Positions 52,560-64,000 of a stretch of DNA of 64,000 nucleotides are shown here, one piece after another. A program made the position numbers and the translations under genes. The stretch is taken from the NCBI GenBank assembly GCA_951406725.2, contig OX597814.1:95790001-95854000 (forward strand). Reading direction: 5' to 3'. Each line of letters begins with the position of its first letter. Position 1 is the first letter of the stretch. Source of the stretch: Octopus vulgaris. Its lineage: Eukaryota. The notes beneath the pieces are model-generated. The model was not told where the DNA came from and searched no databases. It saw only the letters and a program-made list of their open reading frames with translations.

Positions 52560-55085
52560 CTGAAAACAATAAGTAAATAAATAAAAATTTACAACATGCT
52601 GAAAATTAACAGATAGTTCAGATAGTTGATACAATCCAGGATAAGTGGAACTGTATCAATGACCAGGTCACAAATATGAATAAACTTCTGTGACCTGACC
52701 ATAAAAATTCAGTATACTTCATAGTAAACAATACTATTGGAAAAATACATAAAAGTGTGTTTCTATATGGCTAATGTAGGTCTTTCATGATGTATTTGTT
52801 TTAGTTTCAATACATAATCTCAGATTTTGTTACTCATCAAACAAGAATAACTCCAGAATACTCTTTCTAATTTTGGTAGAAGGCTAGCAATTTTGAAGAG
52901 AGGAGGCAGTCAGTTACATCATCCACCAGTGCTCTACTGGTACTTTATTTTATCAAACTTGAAAGGATGAAAGGAAAAGTCAACCTCAATGGAATTTGAA
53001 TTCACAATGTAAAGAGCCAAAAGAAATGCCACAAAGCATTTTGTCCAATGTGTTAACAATTCTGCCAGCTCACCACCTTATAACTTCTGAATATTCAATT
53101 CAAATTTTGGGACAAGACCAGCAAGTTCTGTGGAGGGAGTAAGTTGATTACATCGACTCCAGTGCTCAACTTGTACTTATCTTATCAACCCTGAAAAGAT
53201 AAAAGGCAAAGTCAACCTTAATGGAATTTGAACTCAGAACGTAAATACAGATGAAATGCCACTAAGCATTTTGCCCAGCATGATAAAAATTTTACCATCT
53301 CACTGCTTTAATAATTCTTAAATATTAAAAATATAACATAGAGAAAAAAAACATGTGACAGCAAATCATTATTTAAATTGTATAAATTGTCTATAAGGAC
53401 AAACATATATTAATGCCTAATGCCAGACCAGTGATTTTTCAAACTACGCTGAAAGTTGTTAGCCTAAGTAACATACGTTGGTGCAACTGTTACAAAATCT
53501 AAATACTGTAAATATTTTGAAGATAATCTGTTGATACTCTTAATCGATTACTGTTGTTGCAGCATTCATTGTTTTGGTCTTGATCATTCTCATTATATTT
53601 TTTAGCTTCTAAAATTTTAAACATCTTATTAATTCTTATTTTTAAGTTGCAATAGATTTATACAAACATTTTGTCTATCCTTAATGTTCTGAGTTAAAAT
53701 TCTGCCAAGGTCAACTTTACCTTTCATCCTTTCTCACTCTGCATACATTGGGTGTATGTCTTTTTACAATAGCCTCAGGCCTTGTGAGTGAATGTGGAAG
53801 ATGGAAACTGCCTGGAAGCTTGTTGTATATGTATATGTGTATCTTTGTGTTTATCTCCCACCACTGCTTAACAATCGGTGTTGGTTTGTTTACATCTCTA
53901 TAACTTAACAGGTTTATCTTTTACTTTTTTCAGTCATTAGACTATGGCCATGCTGGAACACTGCTTCAAAGAATTTTAGTTAAACATCAACCCCAGTACT
54001 TAATTTTTTAAGCCTGGTACTTATTCTATCAGACTCTTTTGCTAAACTGCTAAGTTATGAGGATATAAACACACCAGCAACAATTGTCAAGTAGTGGTGG
54101 AGAACACAGACTCAAAGACACACACACACACAGATAAATATATATATATATATATACATATATACGACAGGCTTCTTTCAGTTTCCCTCTACCAAGTCCA
54201 CTCAAAAGGTCTCAGTCAGCCAGAGGCTATAGTAGAAGACACTAGCCCAAGATGCCATGCAATGGGATTGAACTTGGAACTATAACCAACAGAGACCAAT
54301 AGAATAAGTACCAAACTAAAAAATAAGTATTGGGGTCAATTTGTTTGACTAAACCCATCCAAGGTAGTGTGCCAGTACCCAGTATGGCCACACTCCAATG
54401 AGTGAAACAAGTACAAGATAAAAAGATATTCTTAAGAAACTTGTTTAAGGTTCAAAGACATCTATACACTACTAAAACTCTGTGATTGTTTGCTTGCGTG
54501 CTTGTCTGTAATTTAATACAGCCAAACTGGCACATAATGGGAAAATACTCTGAAAGTAAGGTACCCCTGAAATGTGAATACAAACAGAACAAAACAAGTT
54601 TCACATAAATCAGACCATGGATTCCCGAGATATGCGGTTTTTTTTTGAATACCTTCATAAATAGCCAAACTGGCGCATAATGGAAAAATACTCCGAAAAT
54701 AATATAACCCTGAAATGGGAACATATAATACTGTGAGAATTGTTTCCATTAATTTTATGTTTACATTATATAACAGTTCCTTTTGCATTTTTGTAGAAGT
54801 GTGCACATATGCCATAAACAAATGCTGTTACTGGAGTTCAAGTTTATTCTGGAAGTTCTATTTCTATTAGATGCTGTAAGTAATCAATAAAACTTTTAAC
54901 ATGAACTTGTAAACCAGACCTATGATGGCATGACCAAATGGAAATATTTAACTGAATCATCACAAAAGTAAACTTTCATTTCAATGCAATGTTGAAATCA
55001 GCTTCAATGTTTTATAACCTGAACTGTCAGTGACCCAACAGGTCATGGGTAGTATATGAGTAAAATTATATAAATATAACATCAC

Positions 55086-55322
55086 CTCAATACATTGATT
55101 TCCTCTTTACTGTAAACACCAGGTCCAGATATATTGCGACTTGAAGGTCCAGCAGTAGGGCTTTTCGCTTTGCGTTTCTCATTGTCATCTTTGAAAGCCC
55201 CAAAACCCAAAGGTGGAACAACTTTTCTTGTATGTATATCTTTCAAAACAGTCTTACCAGTACTATGCGTTGTTGGAATATGCTGTGGTGTTTCTTTCTT
55301 ACAGCCTTTCAAGATCTCAGCC
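55086..55322 (-). CDS. CAPN7: Calpain-7 exon (MIT-CysPc linker)
   Basis: AEILKGCKKETPQHIP...VVPPLGFGAF...GVYSKEEINVLR. Junctions tag / gtgat, phases 2-2. Confidence 0.9.
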
Positions 55323-56243
55323 CTATACAAAATACCAACAAAGAAAATGATGACAAAATACTTGCATTTAAATGTTAAAAGACACCTATTAATTTATCAA
55401 TTAAACAAATAATTACGCAGAAAATCATTAAAAAAAATTAAAATGCTCCCTCTAATACAATATTGTTTTTTTCAGAAATTATCTTCCATCTTCTATAGTT
55501 ATACATTATCAGCATCATCATTATCATTGTTTAATGTCTGCTTTCTATGCTGGCATGGGTTAGATGGTTTGACAGGAGCTGGTTAAGCAGAAGACTGCAC
55601 CAAGTTTCAGTGTCTGTTTTGGCATGCCCTTCCTAACACCAACCATCCCAGAATGGACAGAGTGCTTTTTACATGGCACCAGCAGAAGTGAGGTCAGTTT
55701 TGGTATAGATTTGGATGCCCTTCCAAATGCCAACCACTTTACAGTGTGAACTGGATGCTTTTTACATGGCACCAGCACTGGTAGGGTCAACATTGCAAAG
55801 TGTTACAAAATAAACTGTCATGAACAAGAAAATAATTATATATTCTTAAAATTAATTCATATATCTAGTTGACTAAATGTTGTTAAGTAGTGATATTTCA
55901 GTGATGTTGAGATAGTTGATGGTTCTTGTATATGGTGTGAAATAGCTGTGATTTTTTTTATTAATATGGTGGTTGCCATTCTAGTTAATAAATATTCTTG
56001 GGAGTTTTCATCTAGTATCAAACAGTTATAAAGTATGTGTTATTCCAATGGTTATGAAATAAGATGCTGTCATTTTATTCTGGAAAGCAGTACCAATGCC
56101 ACGAAAACATCATCCATTTTAAAAACTGAAAGCAACTCAGTAAGTTAAATAAGGTAAGTATGAGTAATCAGTAAGATACTTTGATAATGCATAAAGGGAT
56201 AAGAGAAAAAAATTGTTAATTTCTAAGAAATATCTTGCTATAC

Positions 56244-56311
56244 CTGTTCAAAGCCTGCTTGGCAAGATTTGTAACTCGGTCTTGTAAAGGAACATCACTA
56301 GTTTCTTGACG
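56244..56311 (-). CDS. CAPN7: Calpain-7 exon (MIT helix 3)
   Basis: RQETSDVPLQDRVTNLAKQALNR. Junctions gcag / gtatag. Confidence 0.9.
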
Positions 56312-57318
56312 CTGCAACCAGAGAAAAATGTAAATATAAAACAATACTTGATTATCACAAATGTTTTAAACCACTTTCTATACATAATACCATGGATTAC
56401 TTAGATTAGCAGAAAGATGTTCCTCTTGTCAGAATGAAAAAGTGAGCACAAAAACAATGATGATGATGATGATGGTGGTGGTTGCAATGATGATAACTAT
56501 GATGATGATGATCAATTCTTCCATTAAGATAACACAAATATCTACTTCATTCTTAGTTTTTTTTTTATGCTTTAGTATACATTAAACATTAAGTAGATGT
56601 AGAGAGTAAATATTATAACCCTAGGCATCAGATAACCAAACTGAAGGTATAGTTTGATGGTAGATTATTCAGATCTCATGACAACTGAATTTGCCAAACT
56701 CTTTGACAGACACAAACTCTTTGTTGCTGACACAGACCATTTCTAGTTACTTTGGATACCAAGTTTTCTCTTTTAGCTATCTCAATATCCATCCCTTTGA
56801 ATCTCTTATAAAATTACAATATTCTTCTTTTATTTTCAGATAGCTAGTTCATAAATCCTTTTATCTTTTTTTAACCACTTCAAGATAATATTCTTCAAGA
56901 ATACTACTTTCAGAAGTTTGAAGAGAATACTGACAGAAACAAGTCAACAATGAATTCAAAAAAGGAAGAAATGACTGAATATCAGAAATCACTATTTAAA
57001 GCAATTTAAGAGGCTAGTTATATACATGTGTGTGCATGTGCATATATGTGCATGTGTGTGTATGTATATGTTTGTGTATGTAGGTGTGTGTTTTGGGGGA
57101 AATGTGTGCATGTAATTTTGTGTGTTTATTTACATTTGTGCTATTTGCACTTATCTGAAAATTGCTAAGATATAAGCAGTGGCATCGTCATTTTCCCTGT
57201 CAAGAAATCATCTGCTGATTTTTCTTACTTAAAAAACAGATAAGTGCCAGGAAAGACATTCAGCTGTAAAACTATGCCTCAATAATGTATTCATTTATTG
57301 TAGAAAAAAGGACTTTAA

Positions 57319-57539
57319 CCCTTTCATTACCAACCCGGCTGAAACCGGCTCTGGCTCTGTAGTACAAATGTTTTGTTTTCATAAGTTTTGAATTAAAATC
57401 TTCCACCAAACCTTAGTCACAATTTATGTTTCTAACACTAGCTGAATGATAACTAAGTTATTTTACTAAATTCTTTGTTATATTTAAAGTAATTGAAAGA
57501 AACACAGAGCATCTAAAAATAAATACAGTAACGAAAGGG
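57319..57539 (+). mobile_element. piggyBac-like MITE family B
   Basis: TTAA-CCCTTTCATTAC ... GTAACGAAAGGG-TTAA. Inverted sister copy at 63328-63548. Confidence 0.85.
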
Positions 57540-57543
57540 TTAA

Positions 57544-57760
57544 CCCCCTAGCATTTAATCTGGCCATATACAGTCAAATATTCAACCTGTTTTATGTTAA
57601 AACTGACCAGATACAAATCTCACTCCCACCCTACAATGCCATTCTAAAAATATACAAAACACACTGTTGAAATCTAGAAGCTACAAGAGAATACATGATT
57701 AATTCAAAACAATGAATAAATAAGCAGTACATTTGACAAAGAAATCTGAATGCCAAAGGG
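57544..57760 (+). mobile_element. piggyBac-like MITE family A
   Basis: TTAA-CCCCCTAGCATT ... AATGCCAAAGGG-TTAA. Confidence 0.8.
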
Positions 57761-58062
57761 TTAAAAACAAACAAATAGACAAATGGATAGAATGGCCTAA
57801 ATCCATCTCTTATAAAACTCAAAGCTATTAAGATGTTTTGGCAGTATTTAAAAGGCAAGGTTTTCGAATAAATTTAACAGGAAGTGTAAAAGACATGTAA
57901 CATAAAAAATAATGTAAGGAATAATTTAAATAATGCAAATCAAGTAATTAACATCGTAATAAAACAAATAGAGATATTAGACAGAGTGAAAGAATTAAAT
58001 CTTTTATGACAACTGTGAATATATTTTACCAAATCCAAAAAAATAGATACAAATGGTCTTAC

Positions 58063-58179
58063 AACTTTAATACACAATTCCACAGCTTGTGTGTACAATT
58101 CTACTGCTTCTTCTTTATTTTCCTTTTCATCTTCTTCAAAGGCTTGTTGTACGAGAAATGCCGCTCTCTCTACATCAAA
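58063..58179 (-). CDS. CAPN7: Calpain-7 exon (second MIT domain)
   Basis: FDVERAAFLVQQAFEEDEKENKEEAVELYTQAVELCIKV shows the MIT pattern. Junctions tag / gtaaga. Confidence 0.93.
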
Positions 58180-58825
58180 CTATAAGAAATAGAAGAAATT
58201 TAAGAAGTGTGAAAAAGAAAAAGAAACCTCTGATTTATAGAAAGACGACTGTAGTAAAAATATAAATCTTGGTTCATGGAAAATGTCGTTTTTTTTTACA
58301 CATTGATATTCTTATTTTTCTATATTGAATAAGTTATTTTCTAAGAGGGTTGTAGTGACATATGTCTGGGAATTAATCCCTGAAATTAAGAGTGTTTTCT
58401 GATATAGCTAGTAGCTACCTTCAACAATGACTATTTTGATGACAAGGAAATATAACTATGTTGCAATGTACTGTATCATATGCAATTATGCAATTCCTAT
58501 AAAAATTTTCAAAACTTTTGATACTCCTAAATAACATTATGAAGCATCCACTGATGAGTATAAAGATGAGGTAAAAGAGATTACTAAAAGACTTTTGTTT
58601 ATTTTACCTTTATGATCTTAAAAATAATAGTGCAAAAAAAAACTAATGTAAAAGTGACAGAGTCAGTATTACTACCAAAAGGTAATATTCATCTCCAACA
58701 CCAAGACAACCAGATCAAGTGATTTCAACTTTTCTTGGTCTCATTGATGATGGATGCTTGACCACTAAAGATAGCAGTGACTCATCTCCCTGCCAGTGAT
58801 AAACAGTGCTAAAACAGAGGCATAG

Positions 58826-59230
58826 TGGTTGAGTTCCTTTTGGCAGGTGCTGGGCTTCCTGGAGACAAAGTGGCAGAGTTCCTTTTGAGCATTGGGCCTC
58901 ACAGAGGCAAAGTGGCTGAGTTCCTTTCAAGCATTAGGCCTCACAGAGGCAAAGTGGCTGAGTTCCTTGTGAGCATTGAGCCTCACAGAGGCAAAGTGGC
59001 CGAGTTCCTTGTGATCATTGAGCCTCACAGAGGCAAAGTAGCCGAGTTCGTTGTGAGCATTGAGCCTCACAGAGGCAAAGTGGCCGAGTTCCTTTTGAGC
59101 ATTGGGCTTCACAGAAGCAAAGTGACCAAGATCCTTTCAAGCATTAGGCCTCACAGAGGTAAAGTGGCCAAGTTCCTTTCAAAGCAAAGTGCCAGAGTTC
59201 CTTTCAAGCATTGGGCCTCACAGAGGCAAT
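58826..59230 (+). repeat. 42-bp minisatellite (~9 units) derived from an RTE 3' segment
   Basis: Unit AAAGTGGCYGAGTTCCTTTTGAGCATTGGGCCTCACAGAGGC, continuing into an RTE 3' UTR to ~59482. Confidence 0.9.
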
Positions 59231-59906
59231 GACCAAGACCTTTGGTGTTATGTCATGCTTGAGAAGAAGACCCATCAAGCTGAGCAAAATCGCAGTTGTG
59301 GCAGATACTGTTGGCACATAAAAGCACCCATTACACTCTTGGAGTGATTGGTGTTAGGAAGGGTATCCAGCTGTAGAAAACCATACCAAATTAGACTGGA
59401 GTCTGGTACAGCTTACCAACCCTAGTCAAACCATCCAACCTATGCCAGCATGGACAACAGATGTTAAATGATGACAATGATGACTTAAGCATGGCTGCTC
59501 TGTTAGAGCAAACTGTACAGCTGTAGATACTATGAGAGAAGCTCTCATATTGGCCTTTGGTACAAAATGCACATTTGTTTATATCACTAGCAGGGAGATA
59601 AATCCCTGCCATCTCCAGCACCAAGTGATTTCAACCTTCCTTGGTTTCATTGATGATGGACACTTGACCACTAAAGATAGCATTGACTCATCTCCCTGCC
59701 AGTGATACATAGATAAACAGTGCCAAAACAGGTGCTGGTATTACAATTATCCAGTGAGCTTGTTGAAAAATATGAAAACAGATTATCCACGTTTAAGTGG
59801 GAATAAATATTATCTCTCAGTATTAATACTGCCTCTCTCGCTAATATATATTTTTTAAAAAGCTCACCAGTGACACCAGTGCCTGTTTTGTCACTGTTAT
59901 TCTATA

Positions 59907-59951
59907 TATCACTGATGAAACCAAGGAAGGTCGAAATCATGAGATCTGGTG
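59907..59951 (+). ncRNA. Minimal type-I hammerhead ribozyme motif with intact core nucleotides
   Basis: TATCA-CTGATGA-AACC-AAGGAA-GGTC-GAAA-TC-ATGA-GA-TC-TGGTG. Stems I, II and III are present, with one A.C mismatch at the base of stem II. Confidence 0.7.
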
Positions 59952-60145
59952 GTCTCAATGCTGGACATGGCAAGGATTTATAAACAAGAGTGCATTTTAC
60001 ACCAAAGGCCAATATGAGAGTTTTTCTCATGATATCTACCACAATACAGTTTGTTCTAACAGAACATCCATGTTTAAGTGGGGATAAATATTACTTCTAA
60101 TGTAAAAGTATTTCTTCAGTATGAGTGATGGTAGTGATAACCTGA

Positions 60146-60453
60146 GTGGAGGCGCAATGGCCCAGTGGTTAGGGCAGCGGACTCATGGTCAGAGGATCGC
60201 GGTTTCGATTCCCAGACCGGGCGTTGTGTATGTTTATTGAGCGAAAACACCTAAAAGCACCACGAGGCTCCGGCAGGGGGTGGTGGCGACCCCTGTTGTA
60301 CTCTTTCGCCACAACTTTCTCTCACTCTCTCTTCCTGTTTCTTGAGTAATGCTGCGATGGACTGGCGTTCCGTCCAGCTGGGGGAACACATATGCCACAG
60401 AAACCGGGAAACTGGGCCCATGAGCCTGGCTAGGCTTGAAAAGGGCGAAAGAA
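60146..60453 (+). mobile_element. Young tRNA-derived SINE with 13-bp TSD
   Basis: A box GGCCCAGTGGTTAGG and B box GTTTCGATTCCC, CpG-rich. AGTGATAACCTGA is duplicated at 60133-60145 and 60454-60466. Confidence 0.9.
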
Positions 60454-61296
60454 AGTGATAACCTGATCGTTTATTTGTAGGGACAAAGAAATTCTGATTC
60501 ATCCTTGCATAAGAAGAAAGAAAGTTAATGAAATCTCTTATATTTTGTCTTTATATTTTATCTATTTTATTGTTTTATGTTTTCCCCATACTGGCTTATG
60601 TAAGGTAATATTTATATAACAATGGAACACTTGCTTTTACAGTTGTTTGACCTTTCTGTTACTAATCATTCAATCATGATGAACAAGTGAGAATCAATTG
60701 TCGACTAGCCAAACTGAGATATGGAGAATCCACTTGATATTCCATGCGTTGTAGTTCCTTATTGTTCTAAGCCACAATAGCAGAAGCATGAAGATTTGAA
60801 CTCATTAACATTTTGTTAGTCGTCCAACGGCTTAACAGCTGTGGTTATCATGATCCATCCACGTGTGCATGTGTGAGTGTGTGTGTCATATGAATAGCAA
60901 AAAATAATTCAGCAGTATAATTTTATATTTGAAAGAAAAACTTTACTTTTAAAATGAAATTAATCAAAAATCAAATTAACCTTTTTATTAATTATAATTT
61001 ATTTATGGTAATTATAATTTCAAGATCATAATTTTATAATATTTATAAAAATTTTACATATATTCATTGATCATAAATATTCATAGTTAAATAAAATTTA
61101 TAATGTATTAATTATTTCATTAAATTTCATTTGAATAAGGGTTAAATTATTTTCTTTTAATTAATGAAGGCAAAAGATTTTTTAAATTTCATTAAAATAA
61201 GAACACAAATTTCAAAAAAACATCATATGAATGAATAATCTAGTGATTTATTTATGATTTGAGAAACAATCAAGAAAACAAATTTCATATACTGAC

Positions 61297-61343
61297 TTGT
61301 TCTGGTGTTTTTCTGTCTGTCTTTGTGGATTTTACATTCGTAC
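61297..61343 (-). CDS. CAPN7: Calpain-7 short exon (inter-MIT linker); upstream exons lie outside the window
   Basis: tttttgtag|GT TNVKSTKTDRKTPEQ|gtcagt. The phase-0 end joins FDVERA of the next exon. Confidence 0.75.
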
Positions 61344-62859
61344 CTACAAAAAGAAAGTCAATAACAATTTTCTAAAAAAAAAAATTATTAAAAGCAACTG
61401 CATTGCTAAAAACAAAAACAATACAAAAAATAACAAAAGGAACATTATCAACCTTATCTGCCACTACTGCCACCACCACCACTATTTTCATATGCCGGTC
61501 ATGCTTGCATAGAGAGAATAGATTTACAAAGTAGGATTTCTACATATCTCTCAATGTAGGATCATCTTGTTGGTGAAACTCAATGGCCTGAACCTAAGTT
61601 AACTTCTTTCTCCCAAGTCACTCTTGGTCACAACTGCTTCCATAGCAACTTTCTTGCAGATAACCTTTTATTGAACTCTAATTTGTGTTATGTCACCATT
61701 ATTTTGTGGAAGTATATGGTCTAGGGAGTTGCATTCATGATTACAACATCATGGTTTTGATTCCTGGACACACAAACTCACGCACACCCGCAAACACACA
61801 CCTACATACACGTGCACACACATATGTATTTATTTATATATACATAACTAGCCTCTTAAATCTCTTTAAATAGTGATGCCTGATATTCAAACATTCATGA
61901 TGGCAATATCGTGGTTTTGATTCCTAGACAGGGCATTGCGACCCTGTGCAAAACACTTCATTTCACCTTGCTCCAGTCCGCTCAGCTGTAAAGGAGTAAA
62001 TCTTTAACAGACTGGTGTCCTGTTCAAGGTGAGTGTATGATCTTATTTATATACAATGGAAACTGGGTAACCAACCCTATGAGTTCCAGGACTTAAGACA
62101 GTTAATGTCCAAGGGATTGACATTTACATTTATACCATTATAATATATCTGCTTCTTTTTTTTTCTACCATGGTGGCATAGATTGGACAGGTTTGGTAGA
62201 GCATCTTGCTACTTGTTACAGTCCTTTGTCATCTTATACACACAAAAACAGAAAAATCTGACCACTTTTTGTTATGCATACTATAAATTTCAGCATGATT
62301 TTTACAACAGGATGCCAACCATTTATAGCAGGGATTCAGGATATTTTATCATGTCTCTAGTACTAAAGAAGTTGTCTGTGGTAGGACTAAAGAATTCCCC
62401 CTCTACTCTGTACAGATTTTATTCAGTATTACAGATCGTTTATATGAGTTTGGTTCAATGTGCCTTTCAGAGTGGACATCCTCTCCATTATTTGTCAAAT
62501 CATTCCAGACTTGGCAGAATTACAGAACTCTCTTGGCCTCTCTCATATCTGCATTGCATTTTACAACACAGATACATAGGAGTAAAATAAAGGCAAAATG
62601 ATATATACTACAAAAACCTAGGAATGATTGACCTGAAAATACAACTAGATGAGAAATGCATGCATTTAAGGCTAGATAGAAATGTGTTAGTCTGAATAGT
62701 TATTGGATAGTTTACAACACTAACATAACCAGAATCAGAGCCTACTAGCTTGATGGGGATAAGTTGTGTGCTGAAGCAGGGCCCCATGAGTATAAGGACA
62801 CAAACATGACACTTTTAGGACCTCACTTTTGCTGTAATGAACAGATTTCATCAAACAGC

Positions 62860-63200
62860 AGAATGCCAATCATTTTGGTTCTTTGTCATCTCTACCATGA
62901 GACTCAATATTTTGTTACCAGCTGTCACTATTTCATCCTGTGTTTCCCTCTTCTCTTTTGCATACTACATCTGATGCCCCTTATACCCAACTTTTCTCTC
63001 AACACATTTACACTTTGTCATACATGCGCACAGCTATCATAGAATACTAATTTCATTCATTTCTAATCTCTGCTTGTCCTCTGTATTCAGCACTCATGTC
63101 TCACTACCATATAACACTGCTGTTCATATGCAAACATTGTACAATCTACCTTCGCAGAGAGAGACCTTTTCTGACCAACAGAGGTAATAAATCATTGAAC
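62860..63200 (-). mobile_element. RTE LINE fragment
   Basis: Homologous to 15020-15300 and 2780-2910. Confidence 0.65.
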
Positions 63201-63327
63201 TGTAAATTATCAAATGACTAGTAGCATAAAGTCATTATAATGTTTCAATGTCTTAGCAAGACACACAGTAGCAATGTTGCTGTTGTTGGTTAGCACTAAG
63301 TCACTCTTAATCAAGATCTATGATTAA

Positions 63328-63548
63328 CCCTTTTGTTACCGTATTTATTTTGAGATGCTCTGTGTTTCTTTCAACTATTTTAAATATAACAATGAACTTA
63401 GAAAAATAACTTAGTTACCATTAAGCTTGTGTTAGGAACATAAATTGTGACAAAGGTTTGGTGGAAGATTTTAATTCAAAACTTATGAAAACAAGACATT
63501 TGTACTACAGAGCCAGAGCTGGTTTCAGCTAGGTTGGTAATGAAAGGG
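63328..63548 (-). mobile_element. piggyBac-like MITE family B
   Basis: TTAA-CCCTTTTGTTAC ... GTAATGAAAGGG-TTAA. Reverse complement of 57319-57539. Confidence 0.85.
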
Positions 63549-64000
63549 TTAAAGGCATTCCAGACCATCCCAACTTTTTGAATATCTGGGAGTACATTAG
63601 TCTAATGTGCCCATACCATTTTTAAGATGGTATGGTTTGATTTGAAGGTCATTTGGCAGCTATTCCTGGCAGGTTAAGAGGCCCCATAGATATTTACTCC
63701 TTATCTTCCACTACCAATGTATACCAGAGAGATGATTACATTAGAATGAGTAATTAATAAGAATGGATGATACTTTCTAATGAAAATATATGTAAAGATA
63801 AATTTAGATAACTTTGTCTCACTAAAACTAATCAATAAATATGTTTAATCCTTTAGCATTTAAACTGGCCATATCCGGTCAGAATATTCTACATGTTTTA
63901 TGTTCAAACTGTCCAAATCTGGCCCCTTTCATCTACCCCAATGTGTCATTTTAAAAAATATACAAGCCTATCATTGGAATCTTAGAGCTACAAGATAATG

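Larger units (their letters stand above)
58690..60100. mobile_element. Cluster of Penelope-type terminal-repeat/retrozyme-like units containing hammerhead motifs, in direct and inverted orientation
   Basis: 59483-59745 is the reverse complement of ~59875-60080, and 58690-58820 is a direct partial copy of ~59610-59730. Each unit contains a hammerhead-like core. Confidence 0.65.

Noticed and set aside
58826-59230. Regular 42-bp repeats that might suggest a CRISPR array or repeat protein
   Set aside because: Head-to-tail units without unique spacers, eukaryotic context, and the sequence derives from an RTE LINE.
60151-60230. tRNA-like sequence (also 4948, 35560, 50520)
   Set aside because: Continues into a SINE body with a TSD and lacks a complete cloverleaf acceptor stem, so it is a SINE head rather than a tRNA gene.

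Overview
AT-rich, repeat-dense animal genomic DNA. The tRNA-derived SINE families, RTE LINE tails ending in (CAT)n and abundant (TA)n/(CA)n tracts resemble an octopus/coleoid cephalopod genome (inference). The only host gene found is calpain-7 (CAPN7/PalB-like) on the minus strand. I traced 18 coding exons by hand from 61343 to the TGA stop at 21278. All have GT-AG junctions with consistent phase, giving about 759 codons: second MIT domain, CysPc with intact Cys/His/Asn triad, and two C2-like domains. The first exon(s) lie beyond the right edge. The rest is largely transposon debris: a full-length decayed mariner with TIRs and TA TSD, three mariner fragments, Gypsy LTR/gag and integrase remnants, a Penelope RT+GIY-YIG relic, RTE, RTE-BovB and CR1/L2 fragments, many SINEs, and Merlin-, piggyBac-, hAT-, pogo- and Helentron-like non-autonomous elements. 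Most ORFs in the supplied track are spurious. The most notable non-obvious signal is six minimal type-I hammerhead-ribozyme-like motifs in Penelope-type terminal repeats and a SINE. Three of them sit in an inverted-repeat cluster in a CAPN7 intron, and all copies lying sense to the CAPN7 pre-mRNA carry catalytic-core mutations.
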